Below, piece after piece: positions 40,051-48,411 of a DNA stretch of 64,000 nucleotides. The stretch is from positions 742,104 to 806,103 of the forward strand of contig CAWJRH010000004.1 in assembly GCA_963845195.1 (NCBI GenBank), given 5' to 3'. How positions within the stretch are numbered: position 1 is the stretch's first letter; each line of letters opens with the position of its first letter. The notes beneath the pieces were generated by a model. It was not told where the DNA came from and did not search any database. It saw only the letters and a list, made by a program, of their open reading frames with translations. The position numbers were made by a program, and so were the translations under genes. The DNA comes from an uncultured delta proteobacterium. GTDB taxonomy: Bacteria; Myxococcota_A; Polyangia; Polyangiales; Houyiibacteriaceae.

Positions 40051-42124
40051 GCGCCTGGCGTACGCAGCCGAGCAGTACCTGGGATGAAAACGGCTTCGGA
40101 ACGAACCTCACATGGTCTGGCAGATCGCCGCTGTCGCTCGAGGAGTATCCGCTGACCACGATGACCGGGAGCGCTGGATACGCAGCTTCGAGGTCACCAA
40201 TCAGCGCTTCGCCACCCCGCTCCGGCATGTTGAGGTCGGTCACGACGAGATCGACGACGTCGGCGTGAGCGTGGATGACCTCGAGGGCATCGGCACCGTT
40301 GGCCGCCCGCAGCACCGAATAGCCGCCACTCTCGAGTGCCAGCACCACGGCATCTCTCACCGAGTCGTCGTCGTCGACCACGAGAACCGTTTCTGATGGC
40401 GGCCGGTAGGAGTCTGCGGGTGGCTCACTGACCTTTGCGGGCTCGCGCGCCGCCGGGAGGTAGATCCGGAATGTGGTCCCGCGGCCCGGAGTCGAGTGAA
40501 CTTCGATCCGTCCGCCTAGGCCTTCGACGATGCGCTGAACCGACGGAAGGCCGAGCCCGGTTCCGCGGCCTTCTTCTTTCGTGGTGAAGAACGGCTCAAA
40601 GACGCGCTCCAGCACGGACGACGAAATGCCCTCGCCCTCATCGCGCACGGTGATGCAGACTGTGGGGACCACATTGTCGTTCGTGCCTACGCTCGTGAAG
40701 GGACTCGCGGCGACGGTCAGCGTGCCGCCTTGGGGCATCGCATCCCGCGCGTTGATCGCCAGGTTCAGGAGCACTTGTTCCAACTGGTGCGGATCGGCGC
40801 GGACATAGCCGGTGTCCGGATCGGCCGAGACTTCGATGCGGCGCGATCCGTGAAACAGGGGGCGGAGGAGGTTTCGCCACCCCGGTACAAGATCGGTGAT
40901 CGCTACGGTCTGCTTGGGCCCAGGTGGGGTGCGGCCGAACGAGAGCAGCTGGCCAGTGATCGACGCTGCTCGCTGAGCTGCCCGTGAAATCTGTCCGACG
41001 GCTCTCTCGATGTCCGGATCGTCGTTGCCCTTGCCTTCGAGGTAGTCGGCCCAACTCATCATGATGGTGAGGTCGTTGTTGAAGTCATGCGCCACCGAGC
41101 CGGCGAGTCGTGCAACCAGCTCAAGCTTCTGCGTCTCCCCGACTTGAGCCCGGAACACCTCGCGCTCTTCGGCCGCGCGGCGTCGGTCTGCCAGCGCGGC
41201 GGCCAAGAATAGCGCAGAGAGCACCGCAGTGCAGATGAACGTCTGGATCGCCAGGATGTTCGCTTGAATCGTTTCGGCAATGATCATCATGAAGGGGCCG
41301 CGTCCGTTCGATGCGTTCCATACGGTGAAGAACGCAACGAGCATGGAAACCGCGGTGACGATTCGAACGTCGAATCGCAGGGTCGCCCAAATGAGCAGGG
41401 GGAACATCACGAACGGGAAATCGAGAATCGAGCGAAAGGGATGTGGTGCTGCGCCAAGGACCCATACGCCCGCGATCAGCACGAGGCCGAGTAGAAGAGT
41501 GAGCTCGACGAGTCGATCCTTCGGAATGGGTTCAGTCGCGCTCGAGTTAGCCCACGAGAGCACCATCGGGGCCACGACCATTACACCGAGGGCCCCACCG
41601 AACCACCAAACTTGCCACGCTGTGACGAAGGTCAGGTCTGACTGCATCGCCGTCATTTGGTAGGCGCCGAGCAGGGAAGCTATTGCGGGCGCAAGCACGC
41701 CCGCCAAAAGCACCAGCGCGACGGCATGACGGAAGCGGGACACGTCGACGACGGGGCCTACGGCGAAGCGCAGCAGTGACGCGCCGATCAGCGGTTCAAC
41801 TACGTTCGAGAGACTCGAAAAAGCCACGACGTCGGCGTCGGCGAAGATCATGGGCACCAGCAGCTCAATGCCCAAGAGAAGCATCGCGATGAGCGGCCAG
41901 ACACGGTAGTGGGTCAAGATCAGTGCCGCGAGAGCGACTCCGCCCGAGGGCCACAGGGCCGAAATGCTGTCCGGCGTGAGGTAGAACGCGTAGCCGAGGA
42001 TGACCGCGAACAAATAGACGGGGGCAAAGACCCCCGCCACGGCCCACCAGGGCGCGTCAGCCCACAGGGGCAGGGCCACGGGCTCGTCGGCGGCGGGACG
42101 CTCGGTTACCGGTTCTCGCTCCAT
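40034..42124 (-). CDS. Hybrid sensor histidine kinase/response regulator with MASE1-type membrane sensor domain
   Basis: Multi-TM N-terminus with ALWPSGGVALAALIL, H-box AHDFNNDL, HATPase G-boxes and a C-terminal receiver domain (VVDDDD...DLNMP). Confidence 0.88.
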   Translation of the reverse strand: MEREPVTERPAADEPVALPLWADAPWWAVAGVFAPVYLFAVILGYAFYLTPDSISALWPSGGVALAALILTHYRVWPLIAMLLLGIELLVPMIFADADVVAFSSLSNVVEPLIGASLLRFAVGPVVDVSRFRHAVALVLLAGVLAPAIASLLGAYQMTAMQSDLTFVTAWQVWWFGGALGVMVVAPMVLSWANSSATEPIPKDRLVELTLLLGLVLIAGVWVLGAAPHPFRSILDFPFVMFPLLIWATLRFDVRIVTAVSMLVAFFTVWNASNGRGPFMMIIAETIQANILAIQTFICTAVLSALFLAAALADRRRAAEEREVFRAQVGETQKLELVARLAGSVAHDFNNDLTIMMSWADYLEGKGNDDPDIERAVGQISRAAQRAASITGQLLSFGRTPPGPKQTVAITDLVPGWRNLLRPLFHGSRRIEVSADPDTGYVRADPHQLEQVLLNLAINARDAMPQGGTLTVAASPFTSVGTNDNVVPTVCITVRDEGEGISSSVLERVFEPFFTTKEEGRGTGLGLPSVQRIVEGLGGRIEVHSTPGRGTTFRIYLPAAREPAKVSEPPADSYRPPSETVLVVDDDDSVRDAVVLALESGGYSVLRAANGADALEVIHAHADVVDLVVTDLNMPERGGEALIGDLEAAYPALPVIVVSGYSSSDSGDLPDHVRFVPKPFSSQVLLGCVRQALSEPR

Positions 42125-42185
42125 GCTTGCTTTGCCGCCGATTCCTCTCTAGAAGGGACCCCAAAGTATAGGGGACTTCGGCAAC

Positions 42186-43121
42186 ATGAAGCGGAACAAA
42201 TTCAGCTCAATCGGCGGGCTCATCGTGTTTGCGATGAGCTTTTCGGCCCTCATGGGTTGCAAGAAGGACAAGGCGGGGCCGCCTCCACCCGAGCTGTCGG
42301 TATCGCTCATCACGCCTGGGGCCGAACCGCGAACCAAGCTTCGATACGCGATTGCGGCCGGTACCGTGGCGCGCAGCACGCTCGAGATACGAACCGCGGC
42401 AATCACCACAGAGGACGTCCAAGACACTTTCGAGTTTCTGCCAGGAGTCCGTCTCGCTCTGCACCTCGGACCTACCGTGGCGCTTCCCGATCAGCTCACG
42501 CGCTACGTGCTTCGAATTTCGCGAGCATCTCCGCTGCTTCCGGAGGGGACGGAAGTCGATCACCGTCAGCACGTGGAGCAGGGCGTGCGCGCACTCAATG
42601 ACACGCGTGGTCGGTTCGACCTAAGTGATCGCGGCATCGTACAAGACGCCGATGTCCCTTGGACCACCAGTGCTGGCTTCGTCAATCCTCGCGTTACGAT
42701 CATGCTCGGCAACGTGCGCTCCGCGATTGCGACCATTCCGTTTCCCGTCGAACCCGTCGGTATCGGCGCGGTCTGGGAGGTGCGACGGCCGCTCCGCATC
42801 TTGAGCGCTCGCGTCACGCAGGTCGTTCGATACGAACTGGTCGATCACAGCGGCGATCAGTTGCGCGTGAAGGTCTCGGTCGTGCAGTCTGCCTCACCGC
42901 AGATTGCAGACCTCAACCCCCAGCTCGAGATGCATGTTCGTACCTACGAAATGCGTTCCGAGGGCCATGCCCTCGTCGATCTGGGGTTACCGATTGCGGT
43001 TGAAGCGACCCTCGAAGCATCCTCAGAGGTGGATCTCGCCCTCGTATCACCCGAGAAAACCCAACCGCTACAGTCGCAGAGGCGCTCCGCGCTCCGATTG
43101 TCCACCGAGAGTGAAAGGTAG
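42186..43121 (+). CDS. Hypothetical lipoprotein (paralogue A)
   Basis: Lipobox FSALMGC. It shares long conserved blocks with the next gene (MLGNVRSAIATIPFPVEPVGIGAVWEV...). Confidence 0.55.
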   Translation: MKRNKFSSIGGLIVFAMSFSALMGCKKDKAGPPPPELSVSLITPGAEPRTKLRYAIAAGTVARSTLEIRTAAITTEDVQDTFEFLPGVRLALHLGPTVALPDQLTRYVLRISRASPLLPEGTEVDHRQHVEQGVRALNDTRGRFDLSDRGIVQDADVPWTTSAGFVNPRVTIMLGNVRSAIATIPFPVEPVGIGAVWEVRRPLRILSARVTQVVRYELVDHSGDQLRVKVSVVQSASPQIADLNPQLEMHVRTYEMRSEGHALVDLGLPIAVEATLEASSEVDLALVSPEKTQPLQSQRRSALRLSTESER

Positions 43122-43126
43122 AGCCA

Positions 43127-44161
43127 ATGCTCCGTATGATTCTTACCGCCTGCTTTGCAATCGCGATGGTTGCGTGCCGCTCCCAGTTCGTACCGCAGAC
43201 GGCGCTCGTCGATCCGGGGCCTCCTCGACGCGTGTTGCCTACCGTCCGTGTGCTCGACCCCGGAATGACACCGAGGGCGCCCATGCGGTATCGCGTCACC
43301 CCTGGCCAGACTGAAATTCTCTACGTGGAACTCGCGATGCTTCGGGCCACCGAAGCCGCGGGTCAGCAACAAGGTGGCGGCATTCCACCGATTCAGCTCG
43401 AAGTGAAGATGGGGCCGGCGGAGCCCGTCGCGGATGGTCTGATTCGGCACCCCGTACAGATTACGCAGGTTCGCGTGTCCAAGGTCGCCGATCAAATGTC
43501 AGCCGCAGAGCGCGAAGAGCTCGACGACATGCTCGAGCCTCTTCTGCGGGTCAAAGGCTGGAGCGAGATGGATTCGCAGGGTCGCATCCGTCGCAGTGAG
43601 TTCACTGGGCTCGAAAACGTGGCTCCCCGACTGAGCGCCATGCTTGGGAATATTCGCACTGCGCTGCTCAGTATTCCGTTTCCCGACGAGCCGATTGGCG
43701 TTCGCGCGCGCTGGGAAGTCGATCGTCGGATTCTGCTCTACGGCATGTGGGTCGACCAGGCGGTCACATACAGCCTCATGGCGATCGACGGAAACAACCT
43801 GAAGCTCCAGATTCAGGCGACGCAAAGCGCCCCCCCGCAGCAGATGGGCAACAACCGCCTCGACGGCTACCAGGCTTCGGTCATGGGGTCCTCGGTTGTC
43901 AGGCTTGGCTTCTTCACGCCGCACTCCGAAGCGGAGTCCAACTCTCAGATGCGGATCGAGGCGAACGTCGGCGGGCAGGCTGAGCTCGTTCGCGTCGAGA
44001 GCCGCACCGCAGTTCGCGTATATCCTGCCGCAGAAGCAGGCTCGTTCGACGCGGAGGTCACGGCCGCTGATCCAGAGACAGAAGAAGAAGATGTCGAACC
44101 GTCACAGGATCCAAACAAGGTAGTCGACCCAGGGAAGCAGCAGCTTCGCTGGCTCGAATGA
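43127..44161 (+). CDS. Hypothetical lipoprotein (paralogue B) with acidic C-terminal tail
   Basis: Lipobox AMVAC. Homologous blocks to paralogue A (MLGNIRTALLSIPFPDEPIGVRARWEV...). 5-nt intergenic gap. Confidence 0.55.
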   Translation: MLRMILTACFAIAMVACRSQFVPQTALVDPGPPRRVLPTVRVLDPGMTPRAPMRYRVTPGQTEILYVELAMLRATEAAGQQQGGGIPPIQLEVKMGPAEPVADGLIRHPVQITQVRVSKVADQMSAAEREELDDMLEPLLRVKGWSEMDSQGRIRRSEFTGLENVAPRLSAMLGNIRTALLSIPFPDEPIGVRARWEVDRRILLYGMWVDQAVTYSLMAIDGNNLKLQIQATQSAPPQQMGNNRLDGYQASVMGSSVVRLGFFTPHSEAESNSQMRIEANVGGQAELVRVESRTAVRVYPAAEAGSFDAEVTAADPETEEEDVEPSQDPNKVVDPGKQQLRWLE

Positions 44162-44167
44162 CGGCGC

Positions 44168-44899
44168 TCAGTCTCTACGCACGAGGAGGGCGGGATCGAG
44201 TTCCTCTACCAACAGGTCTGCCGCCCGTCCGATGTCAGCGCGGTTCGACCCGTCGAAGGTGATCTTGGTGCGGTAGTCGTCGGCCCCCCACGTCACATAG
44301 CTCCCTACCATCACGCTGGGGTGGCGGCTTGCGATACGCTCGAGAAGGGCGGCGATTTCTCCTTCGCCGGCACGCGTATAGACGGCGCTCGAATGAAACG
44401 TCCGACCCTCATCAAAACGCTTTCGCAGGTCATTGAACTTCAGTTCGAAGATCTCTGGAACGCCCGGCAGCACATAGACGTTCTCGATGACGACCGTCGG
44501 CCAGGGAGCCTCGGCGCTCCGAAGCATCTCTGAGCCTTCAGGCATGTTGGCCATTCGAAAGTGCGCTTCCGTTGCACGTTCGCCGTAGTAGTCGCGAATC
44601 ACGTGCTCGACCGCGGCAGAGCGTACGACCTGTCGCCCGAACGCTGCCGCGACCCCCTCGATGGTTACGTCGTCGTGCGTCGGCCCCACACCTCCGCTGG
44701 TGAAGACGAGGTCGTGCGCGCCACGCATCGCGTCGAGTTCCCGCTGGATCGTGGGGACGTCGTCGCCGCATACCACTACGCGCTGGAGCTCGATGCCCAG
44801 GCCGAAGAGGCCCTTCGCCAAGAACGCCGTGTTCGTATCGGTGATCTTTCCCGAAAGGATCTCGTTTCCGATGATCAAGGCTGCGGCGGTCTTCGGCAT
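44168..44899 (-). CDS. CinA-like / MoCF-biosynthesis (molybdopterin-binding) domain protein
   Basis: N-terminal AALIIGNEILSGKITDTNTAFLA...TSGGVGPTHDDVT motif typical of the CinA/MoaB-type fold. Confidence 0.75.
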   Translation of the reverse strand: MPKTAAALIIGNEILSGKITDTNTAFLAKGLFGLGIELQRVVVCGDDVPTIQRELDAMRGAHDLVFTSGGVGPTHDDVTIEGVAAAFGRQVVRSAAVEHVIRDYYGERATEAHFRMANMPEGSEMLRSAEAPWPTVVIENVYVLPGVPEIFELKFNDLRKRFDEGRTFHSSAVYTRAGEGEIAALLERIASRHPSVMVGSYVTWGADDYRTKITFDGSNRADIGRAADLLVEELDPALLVRRD

Positions 44900-44900
44900 G

Positions 44901-46031
44901 CTACTCCTCGCCCAACTCGATGCCGAGTGCGCGCGCGACCATCACCAGCTCGCCGTCGGGCGGGACTCGCTTGATGTTGGCGACGGCAGCCTCGAGCGGG
45001 ATGGGCACCACATCTTGTCCTTTGAGGGCGACGAGGTTGCCGGTGTTCTCGCGGTAGCATAGCTGCGCAGCGTGCACTCCGAAGCGCGTACCCAAGATGC
45101 GGTCGAGCGATGAGGGCGAACCGCCCCGCTGAAGGTGCCCGAGGACCGTCACGCGGATCTCGTGCTCGATCTGCCCCTCGAGGAGCTCAGCGAGTTGTGC
45201 GGCTGCCCCCTCGCGTCGCTGAGAGAGGCTCTCGTGAGTATCCTTGATGTTCGAGACGGTGCCCCCAATCGGCTTGGCGCCTTCGCCCACGACGATGATG
45301 CTGAACGTGTGGCCGAGCGCCGCTCGCGTACGTATCTTGCTGACCACGCGGTCGACATCGTAGTGAAGTTCAGGAATCAGGACGACGTCGGCGCCGCCCG
45401 CGATACCCGCCAGAAGCGCGATCCATCCGGTGTCGCGCCCCATCACCTCGAGGATCATCACTCGGTCGTGCGCCTCTGCGGTCGAGTGCAGGGCATCGAT
45501 GGCCCATGTCGCCGTCGACACTGCGGTGTCGAGGCCAAACGTCATGTCGGTGGCGGCGAGGTCATTGTCGATCGTCTTCGGGATGCCGATGACCGGGATC
45601 CCCATCTTCGCGAATCGCATTCCGATGTCCATCGTGCCATCGCCGCCAACGAGCACGAGCACGTCGATGGAAAGCTCTTCGAGCTTCGCTTTCACCTGCT
45701 CGGAAAGGTCGACCTGCCGTCTCGAGCCGTCGGGGCCGGTTTCGGGATAGGCGAAGGGATGGGCCCGGTTCGAGCATCCGAGGATGCTGCCGCCTTGCGG
45801 AAGGATTCCCCGGACACTCTCACGGGTTAGCGGAACCAGTCGACTCGGCTCTTCTATCAGTCCTGCGAAGCCGTCTTCGGAGCCGAGCACTTCGAGCCCC
45901 AAATCGGTGGCCGTCTTCACGAAGGCCCGCAGGACTGCGTTCAGTCCTGGTGCGTCGCCGCCCCCGGTAAGGATTAGAACACGGCGCACGTTCTCTTCCT
46001 CCGGGTCGCGTGCGAGGTTGTCTTCGTTCAT
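44901..46031 (-). CDS. pfkA: 6-phosphofructokinase (ATP-dependent type by GGDG motif)
   Basis: ILTGGGDAPGLNAV, LVGGDGT and PKTIDNDL motifs. A 1-nt gap to each neighbouring gene. Confidence 0.9.
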   Translation of the reverse strand: MNEDNLARDPEEENVRRVLILTGGGDAPGLNAVLRAFVKTATDLGLEVLGSEDGFAGLIEEPSRLVPLTRESVRGILPQGGSILGCSNRAHPFAYPETGPDGSRRQVDLSEQVKAKLEELSIDVLVLVGGDGTMDIGMRFAKMGIPVIGIPKTIDNDLAATDMTFGLDTAVSTATWAIDALHSTAEAHDRVMILEVMGRDTGWIALLAGIAGGADVVLIPELHYDVDRVVSKIRTRAALGHTFSIIVVGEGAKPIGGTVSNIKDTHESLSQRREGAAAQLAELLEGQIEHEIRVTVLGHLQRGGSPSSLDRILGTRFGVHAAQLCYRENTGNLVALKGQDVVPIPLEAAVANIKRVPPDGELVMVARALGIELGEE

Positions 46032-46032
46032 C

Positions 46033-46761
46033 TCAATCTTCTCCGCGCTTGGCCGCCAACTCGTACATTGCGATCGCGGCAGCCACCGATGCGTTCAGGG
46101 AATCCATGGGGCCGTCTTGCGGGATTTGAACCACGATATCACAGCGTTGTCGAACCATCCTTCGGAGGCCCTTGCCCTCCGATCCGATTACCAGAACGCG
46201 GGGGGCCATGCTCTGCGAAAGGCTCCGAATCGCGAGCTCGGCATTGGCGTCGAGCCCGACGATTTCCATTCCCTGCTCGCTGAGACCGAGCAAGGTCCGC
46301 TGAAGGTTGGTCACACGCGCGATGGTCGCGTGTTCGGTCGCCCCGGCCGACGCGCGAGAGACCGCCGGGGTGATTCCGGCTGCGCGATGCTTCGGTACGA
46401 TGATACCGTCGGCACCTAGCGCGACGGCGCTCCGGACAATTGCGCCGAGATTCTGCGGATCGGTGATCTCGTCGAGTGCGACGAAGACCGAACGGGAAGA
46501 AGGGCTCACCTGATCGAGCAGCTCTTCCAGCGTGACGTAGGGGTACGGGTCCGCGATGGCGACCACCCCCTGATGGCGGATGCCTTCGGTGAGTCGGTCG
46601 AGTTCCTTTCGGTCCTTCACGTCGATACGCACGCCTCGCTCCCGCGCGGCCACCAGCACGTCGGTCGACCGCTCCTCCGACTCGACGAGCACCCGAAGCA
46701 CGCGGGTCTTGCCGCGCAGCGCTTCGAGTACGGGTCTGCGGCCCGCGAGAATCCGTGTCAT
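46033..46761 (-). CDS. TrmH/SpoU-family RNA 2'-O-methyltransferase (RlmB-like)
   Basis: Track ORF trimmed to the ATG at 46761, which overlaps the pyrF stop (ATGA). SpoU substrate-binding N-domain (RHQGVVA) and SpoU methylase motifs (DPQNLGAI, LVIGSEGKG, SLNASVA). Confidence 0.8.
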   Translation of the reverse strand: MTRILAGRRPVLEALRGKTRVLRVLVESEERSTDVLVAARERGVRIDVKDRKELDRLTEGIRHQGVVAIADPYPYVTLEELLDQVSPSSRSVFVALDEITDPQNLGAIVRSAVALGADGIIVPKHRAAGITPAVSRASAGATEHATIARVTNLQRTLLGLSEQGMEIVGLDANAELAIRSLSQSMAPRVLVIGSEGKGLRRMVRQRCDIVVQIPQDGPMDSLNASVAAAIAMYELAAKRGED

Positions 46762-47465
46762 CGGTCGAGCGCCAGTCGAATCTCGTTCACAATCGACGAC
46801 GCCGCGGCGGCGGGGTCGTCTGCGTCCCGAATCGGTCGGCCGACCACAAGCAGACCGGACCCGGCCTCGATTGCCGCCGTCGGTGTGGCGACGCGCTTTT
46901 GATCGCCAATCGGACTGCCTCCGGGCCGAATCCCCGGCGTGACCACGAATGCGTCGCCGCCAAGACCATCGCGCAGCGCCGCACACTCATGGACGGAGCT
47001 GACAAAGCCATGGACTCCGGCGGCCCAGGCGAGGGCCGCAAGGCGAGCCACGTTCGACTTAGGCCCATCTCGGAATCCGATGGCGCTCAAGGAAGCCTCG
47101 TCGAAGCTGGTCAGCACCGTGACCGCAAGCAGCCGCATCGACCCCGCCTGACGCTGCGCTTCCTCGAGTGCCTCAGCGCCTGCCGCCCCATGGACCGTGA
47201 GCAAATCCGCACCGAGGTCCGCCGCTCTGGCGACCGAACGCCCCATTGTTGCCGGGATGTCGTGAAGCTTGAGGTCGAGGAAGCAGCGTGCGCCGCTTCG
47301 TTTCACGGCGTCAACGGCGGCCGGTCCAGCCGCGGTGAATAGTTCGAGACCGACCTTGAACACTCCGACCTGTTCGCGGGTCTGCTCGATCAGGCGCGTA
47401 GCCTGGTCGAGCTCAGGTACGTCGAGCGCAAGGGCAAGATGAGAAGACGGGTCGAGGGACTGCAT
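46758..47465 (-). CDS. pyrF: Orotidine 5'-phosphate decarboxylase
   Basis: LALDVP...FKVGLELF...DLKLHDIP motifs and length typical of PyrF. Confidence 0.92.
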   Translation of the reverse strand: MQSLDPSSHLALALDVPELDQATRLIEQTREQVGVFKVGLELFTAAGPAAVDAVKRSGARCFLDLKLHDIPATMGRSVARAADLGADLLTVHGAAGAEALEEAQRQAGSMRLLAVTVLTSFDEASLSAIGFRDGPKSNVARLAALAWAAGVHGFVSSVHECAALRDGLGGDAFVVTPGIRPGGSPIGDQKRVATPTAAIEAGSGLLVVGRPIRDADDPAAAASSIVNEIRLALDR

Positions 47466-47489
47466 CGACTGGCGACGCTACGTCGCCCG

Positions 47490-48245
47490 CTAGAGACTGT
47501 CCAGCCCAGCCAAAGGATCGTCGGTATCGGCCTTGCGCGGCTTTGAGGAGCGCGTCCGCCGAGACTTCCTGCTCGGCTTCTTGACCGAGTCACTCGATGC
47601 GGCCGACGCACGTCGCGCGGCTGCAGCGGCCAGCTGCTCCCGCTCTGCGATCTCCGCCAGCCGTGCCTTTTCGGCCTCCGCCTCGGCGCGTTTTTGCGCT
47701 TCCATCTCCGCCGCCTGACGGGCCTCTTCCGCTTCGCGCGCGGCTCGCTGAGCCTCGAGCTTCGCGGCCATGGCCTCCGCTTCGCGCTGTTCGACGGCAG
47801 GCTTGTACACGCCGAAGTACGATCCCGTCCCTAGGACGAGAACCAGCGCGGCCGCAGCGGCCAACACGCCGGGATGAACCCCTTTGCGCTTCTGTGCCTC
47901 GAGCGCAGCGATTTCCTTTTCATGCGCGAGCACGCGTTGATGAGCATCTGCCTTTTCGCGGGCCTCCTGCTCCAGGCGAACCTTGAGCTCGGCCTCCTTG
48001 AGCTCTCGCGCCTTCATCATCTCCGCGTCACGGACGCGCTGCTCTTCGCGTAGACGCGCCTCTTCCTCGGCGCGGCGAGCCTCTTCTTCGGCGGCTTGGA
48101 GCTTGCGGGCCTCCTCGACGATTCGTTCGCGCTCGGCGGTCTCACGCCGAACGGTCTCCTCTTCCTCCTCGCGAACCCGGTCCTCTTCGAGGTTCATGAG
48201 TTCGCGAAGGTTGAACAGAACGGAGGACTCTTTTTCCTGAGACAT
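47490..48245 (-). CDS. Bitopic membrane protein with E/R/A-rich coiled-coil segments on both sides of one TM helix
   Basis: 251 aa of charged heptad-like low complexity, with a central TM helix (GVLAAAAALVLVLGTGSYFGVY) and a basic S/K/R tail. No recognisable family. Confidence 0.5.
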   Translation of the reverse strand: MSQEKESSVLFNLRELMNLEEDRVREEEEETVRRETAERERIVEEARKLQAAEEEARRAEEEARLREEQRVRDAEMMKARELKEAELKVRLEQEAREKADAHQRVLAHEKEIAALEAQKRKGVHPGVLAAAAALVLVLGTGSYFGVYKPAVEQREAEAMAAKLEAQRAAREAEEARQAAEMEAQKRAEAEAEKARLAEIAEREQLAAAAARRASAASSDSVKKPSRKSRRTRSSKPRKADTDDPLAGLDSL

Positions 48246-48411
48246 GATGATATGTATATTACACTTTTCCGCTATGGGTGGCCAATGAGTTTGGCCGCGG
48301 CATTCTCAACGACGCTATCAACCTGCCGCGCTGCCTGTCAAAGGAACGGGATTTCGACCTGGTAGGCCCCAGAACCACCAAGACCGCGGTTCGCCCGGAG
48401 GCCGGTGTGAG

